This document shows, piece after piece, positions 7,362 through 10,149 of a DNA stretch of 10,149 nucleotides. The stretch covers positions 1 to 10,149 of the forward strand of contig CAZUFC010000209.1 in the NCBI GenBank assembly GCA_964619725.1. Direction: 5' to 3'. Under the pieces are notes generated by a model that was given only the letters and a program-made list of their open reading frames with translations, was not told the origin of the DNA and ran no database searches. The position numbers and the translations under genes were made by a program. Each line of letters starts with the position of its first letter. Positions within the stretch are counted from its first letter, which is position 1. Source of the stretch: an uncultured bacterium (GTDB lineage Bacteria; CSSED10-310; CAZUFC01).

Positions 7362-9230
7362 ATGAACAGAATAAACATAAAAAAAGCCATTATCGTCCCG
7401 GCGTTGGCCTATTTCATTCTGGCAGGCGCCGGGGTTTTTGCTGCCGGAGAGTTGCTGACGGATTGGGAAAGAGATGTTCAGGAGCTGTTCAAGGGAGCAT
7501 TGCCGTCCATAGTGAAGGTTGTGGCTGAACAAAAGCCTGTCATGCATAAGGTGGGGCAGGTTCAATATCAATACTTAATGCCGACGCGCGTCAGTGTGGG
7601 CACAGGAGCGGTATACGACGATGAAGGACATATCGTGACGTCTGCGGGCATAGTCGGTGATTCAGAGAAAGTTAAGGTCATCGACACAAGCGGGAATGAA
7701 TATGAGGCTGTGGTTGTGGGAGCGGATGATTTTTCTGATATTGCCGTCATTAAAGCGGTAAATCTGTCGGCGCCTGAAATTGCATGCGAAATGCTGGAGG
7801 GTATCGATCCCGGCAGCGTCGCTTTGCTGATCGGTTATTCTGTGACAGAGAGTCCCAATTTTTCTTTCGGGTTTATTAACGTGCTTTCCTCATCCGAAGA
7901 AGACCTCAAAAACGCCAAACTTACTTTCGGAGGCCCTCTGTTGCCGGGAAATGCCGGAGCTCCCCTGATTGATGTTGATGGCAGACTCATCGGCATGCTC
8001 AAGGGGCAAATCAAGTCGGACATGATAAACTGGGTGCAAAAACCGGATTGGAGCAAGGAATTCCTTAAAGACAAAGAAGGACTTAAAAAATACAAGGACG
8101 AGAGGGCCGTGTGGGTTCCCGATTCTGATGAGATGCTGAATTACTACTACTTTACGCCTTCCGAAAAACAGAAACCCAAATTGATCCAGAACATAACGAG
8201 GGTCGCCGATGCTTCCAAAGGTTTGGGATTGGCTACACCGGTCAATATGATCATCAACGTTTCGGAAAAACTGATCAAATACGGCCAGGTCAGGAGAGGA
8301 TGGCTGGGTGTGACTATTCAGCATACGATGCAACCTGTCGAGGGCGCTTTGGTCATATCTGTGATTGAAGACAGTCCTGCTGAAAAAGCCGGCATCCAGG
8401 AACAGGATGTCATTATGGAGATTGAGGGAGAAGCGATAAAAGACGTTATCGCACTTGTCAAAATGGTTCAGAGTCATGAATCGGGCGATGAAATTTCCGT
8501 TAAATTGTACCGGGATGAAGAAGAAATTGAATTGAATGCTGTTTTGGAAGTTAAAAGGGACCAGCCCGCGCCTTATTATAAACAAATGATGGAAGAGAAA
8601 ATGCCTCAGATGAAAAAGAAAAGCAAACCTAAACTGGGCGTCATCGTTCAGGACGTGATCGACGAAGAGAGTGGAGAAGCTGAAGCTCAGAAAATCGATG
8701 GAACGACCATAATTAAAGTCATTGAAGGTTCTCCTGCTGAAAAAGCGGGCTTAAAGGAGAACGACGTCATCATCGCCATTGACGATCACGATATTGACTC
8801 TAGCGGCGCATTACTCCGGACTCTGGGCCTCTATGAAGGCGATGAAGAAATTGAAATAGCGGTGATCAGAGGCGATAAAGAAGTTAGCTTCCATGCAAAG
8901 TTGGAAGCCGGATTCAAATATGAAATGAAGCCGGGCGACATTGATTTTGAACAGAAAGAGACGCTCGTGGTACCTCAGAGCGGGCTGGAAGGACTTGAAT
9001 TTTGGAAATGGCAACAGGATTCCAGCGAGAAGCAATACCAGATGCAGATCGAAAAGTTGAACCAGGAGCTGGAGAAACTGAAGGATAAACTTCAACGATT
9101 ACATGAAGAACGCGACTACGAAAAATCTCTGGATGAGATGAAAAAAGAATTGCAGCAGATGAAAGAGATGCAGAAGAAATTCGATGAGCTTCTGAAGGAG
9201 AGGAATTCGAATGCGGACAGTCAGACTTGA
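7362..9230 (+). CDS. Secreted HtrA/DegP-like protein: trypsin-like domain (predicted catalytically inactive), two PDZ domains and a C-terminal coiled coil
   Basis: 622 aa. Signal peptide ending VFA (27/28). HtrA landmarks PSIVKV, GTGAVYDDEGHIVT, SDIAVIK, PGNAGAPLIDVDGRLIG, GLGLATP, G.VRRGWLGV, and SPAEKAG..DVI twice. AGGAGG site (7348-7353) overlaps the anti-sigma stop. Confidence 0.92.
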   Translation: MNRINIKKAIIVPALAYFILAGAGVFAAGELLTDWERDVQELFKGALPSIVKVVAEQKPVMHKVGQVQYQYLMPTRVSVGTGAVYDDEGHIVTSAGIVGDSEKVKVIDTSGNEYEAVVVGADDFSDIAVIKAVNLSAPEIACEMLEGIDPGSVALLIGYSVTESPNFSFGFINVLSSSEEDLKNAKLTFGGPLLPGNAGAPLIDVDGRLIGMLKGQIKSDMINWVQKPDWSKEFLKDKEGLKKYKDERAVWVPDSDEMLNYYYFTPSEKQKPKLIQNITRVADASKGLGLATPVNMIINVSEKLIKYGQVRRGWLGVTIQHTMQPVEGALVISVIEDSPAEKAGIQEQDVIMEIEGEAIKDVIALVKMVQSHESGDEISVKLYRDEEEIELNAVLEVKRDQPAPYYKQMMEEKMPQMKKKSKPKLGVIVQDVIDEESGEAEAQKIDGTTIIKVIEGSPAEKAGLKENDVIIAIDDHDIDSSGALLRTLGLYEGDEEIEIAVIRGDKEVSFHAKLEAGFKYEMKPGDIDFEQKETLVVPQSGLEGLEFWKWQQDSSEKQYQMQIEKLNQELEKLKDKLQRLHEERDYEKSLDEMKKELQQMKEMQKKFDELLKERNSNADSQT

Positions 9231-9314
9231 AATGGAAAATTTGACGGGTGTCCGCTGTTTGATTAGAGCATGAATCTTCAAAGCGGTTGGGCATCAGCAG
9301 CTTGAAGATAAAGC

Positions 9315-9347
9315 AGCCGGCGGCAGAACGTGTCGCCGGCTTTTTTT
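9315..9347 (+). terminator. Rho-independent terminator of the sigma/anti-sigma/htrA-like operon
   Basis: Stem GCCGGCGGCA / TGTCGCCGGC (10 bp, one G-U pair), 5-nt loop, followed by seven T. Confidence 0.88.
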
Positions 9348-9406
9348 GGGGACTCATCAAATCGCGGTTACACTCCTTTCAAAACTTTTGACGGTTTGCT
9401 TCAGTA

Positions 9407-9430
9407 ATCGGTATCGGGGTCGAAATCGAA
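9407..9430. repeat. Degenerate hexamer tandem repeat (RTCGNN), copy 2
   Basis: ATCGGT ATCGGG GTCGAA ATCGAA. Confidence 0.55.
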
Positions 9431-9540
9431 ACAAAATGATTGGAGATTCTGTCGAATTGTAATCTCAAAACACGGATATTTGATCAATGTCCAAAAAAGC
9501 ATCTATAATCCATTAAAAATAAAGACTATCTTTGTTTCAT

Positions 9541-9599
9541 CAAAATAAAATAAAAAACCAAAAAATAAAGTTGACAAAAATAGCAGACCATAGTACATC
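9541..9599 (+). promoter_or_regulatory. Possible sigma70 promoter with an A-tract UP element
   Basis: Perfect TTGACA at 9571-9576 preceded by 30 nt of A-tracts. The hexamer at 17-nt spacing (TACATC) is a weak -10 match. Confidence 0.35.
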
Positions 9600-9974
9600 A
9601 AAAAACAGTTGCGTTTTTCCATAACGAAATTTTTTTCTGTTTACCCGGAAGGGGATGCTGGCAGAAAAATACGTTTTGAAGTGAAAATGAGAATATTATG
9701 AATAAGGCGGGAGATTTGTACAAAGCAGCATGCAACAATAAGGAGGATTTTCCTCATCCTTTAGTAAAATATAACCTGTACGGGGTGAATGCGCCAGGTT
9801 CAGAAACGACAAAAAGTCGAATATCCGGCAGGTTTCCGATAGCGGCAGCGTCCGTCCGGTATCCCAGCGTAAATATTTTCCTTCCTTCAATAGAAGGCAA
9901 ACAGAAAATTCAATAAATCCCGATAAAAAAGTTTCTTTTTTAAATCAAAATTTTCAAAGACCGGTTATGGAAGC

Positions 9975-10034
9975 TTATCCGGGGATGCGCAAAAGCATCG
10001 CAGAGCCTTTTTGCGCCCCTTTTTCGACGGATAA
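9975..10034 (+). other. Stem-loop, terminator/attenuator-like
   Basis: GCGCAAAA (9987-9994) pairs with TTTTGCGC (10009-10016), extended by GGG/CCC and followed by five T. Outer helix TTATCCG (9975-9981) pairs with CGGATAA (10028-10034). Confidence 0.5.
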
Positions 10035-10067
10035 AAACAAACAACCGTTTTTTCAAGGAGAGGATGA

Positions 10068-10127
10068 ATGAAGTCGAGTCATTTACAATTCATTATCCCG
10101 GATCCCAAGCGAGCAATCTTGAGTTGA
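10068..10127 (+). CDS. Possible small ORF, 19 aa (MKSSHLQFIIPDPKRAILS)
   Basis: AAGGAG (10055-10060) lies 7 nt before the ATG; the ORF ends in tandem TGA TAG. No recognisable homology. Confidence 0.25.
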   Translation: MKSSHLQFIIPDPKRAILS

Positions 10128-10149
10128 TAGACTAATACAAATAATATTG

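Noticed and set aside
7890-8585. 231-aa antisense ORF and the other ORFs nested in the main genes
   Set aside because: They are shadow frames of well-supported genes, with composition explained by the sense-strand codons.
9770-9875. c-di-AMP (ydaO) or purine riboswitch suggested by GGGGTGAAT and TATAACC
   Set aside because: The other conserved blocks are absent (GGGGGAACC, GTAGGG and CAGCTAAC for ydaO; ATATGG and TCTAC for purine).
9696-9916. ORFs 9698-9916 (+) and 9696-9890 (-)
   Set aside because: Short, overlapping each other, no convincing RBS and no recognisable motif.
9640-10105. CsrB/RsmY-like GGA-rich sRNA
   Set aside because: About 11 GGA in 470 nt is only modestly above chance, and most are not in ANGGA hairpin loops.
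10125-10130. Selenocysteine or pyrrolysine read-through at TGA TAG
   Set aside because: Two consecutive stops, no visible SECIS-like hairpin and no redox motif.

Overview
The window holds two divergent gene blocks. On the minus strand are iorA-iorB (indolepyruvate/arylpyruvate:ferredoxin oxidoreductase) and, after a 680-bp repeat-rich spacer, an ADP-forming acyl-CoA synthetase with beta-alpha domain order; together they suggest energy-conserving amino-acid fermentation. On the plus strand is a tightly coupled operon of an ECF sigma factor, a membrane-anchored zinc anti-sigma factor and a secreted HtrA/DegP-like protein, with a candidate ECF promoter and a strong terminator. The most striking signal is that the HtrA-like protein has lost both catalytic His (to Gly) and Ser (to Ala), carries about 60 extra residues in the L2 loop region, and has two PDZ domains and a C-terminal coiled coil. 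It looks like an intact pseudoprotease in an envelope-stress module. Intergenic DNA carries several short repeat or palindrome families, and the last 600 bp may be a structured leader. All calls are from motif reading only; no searches were run.
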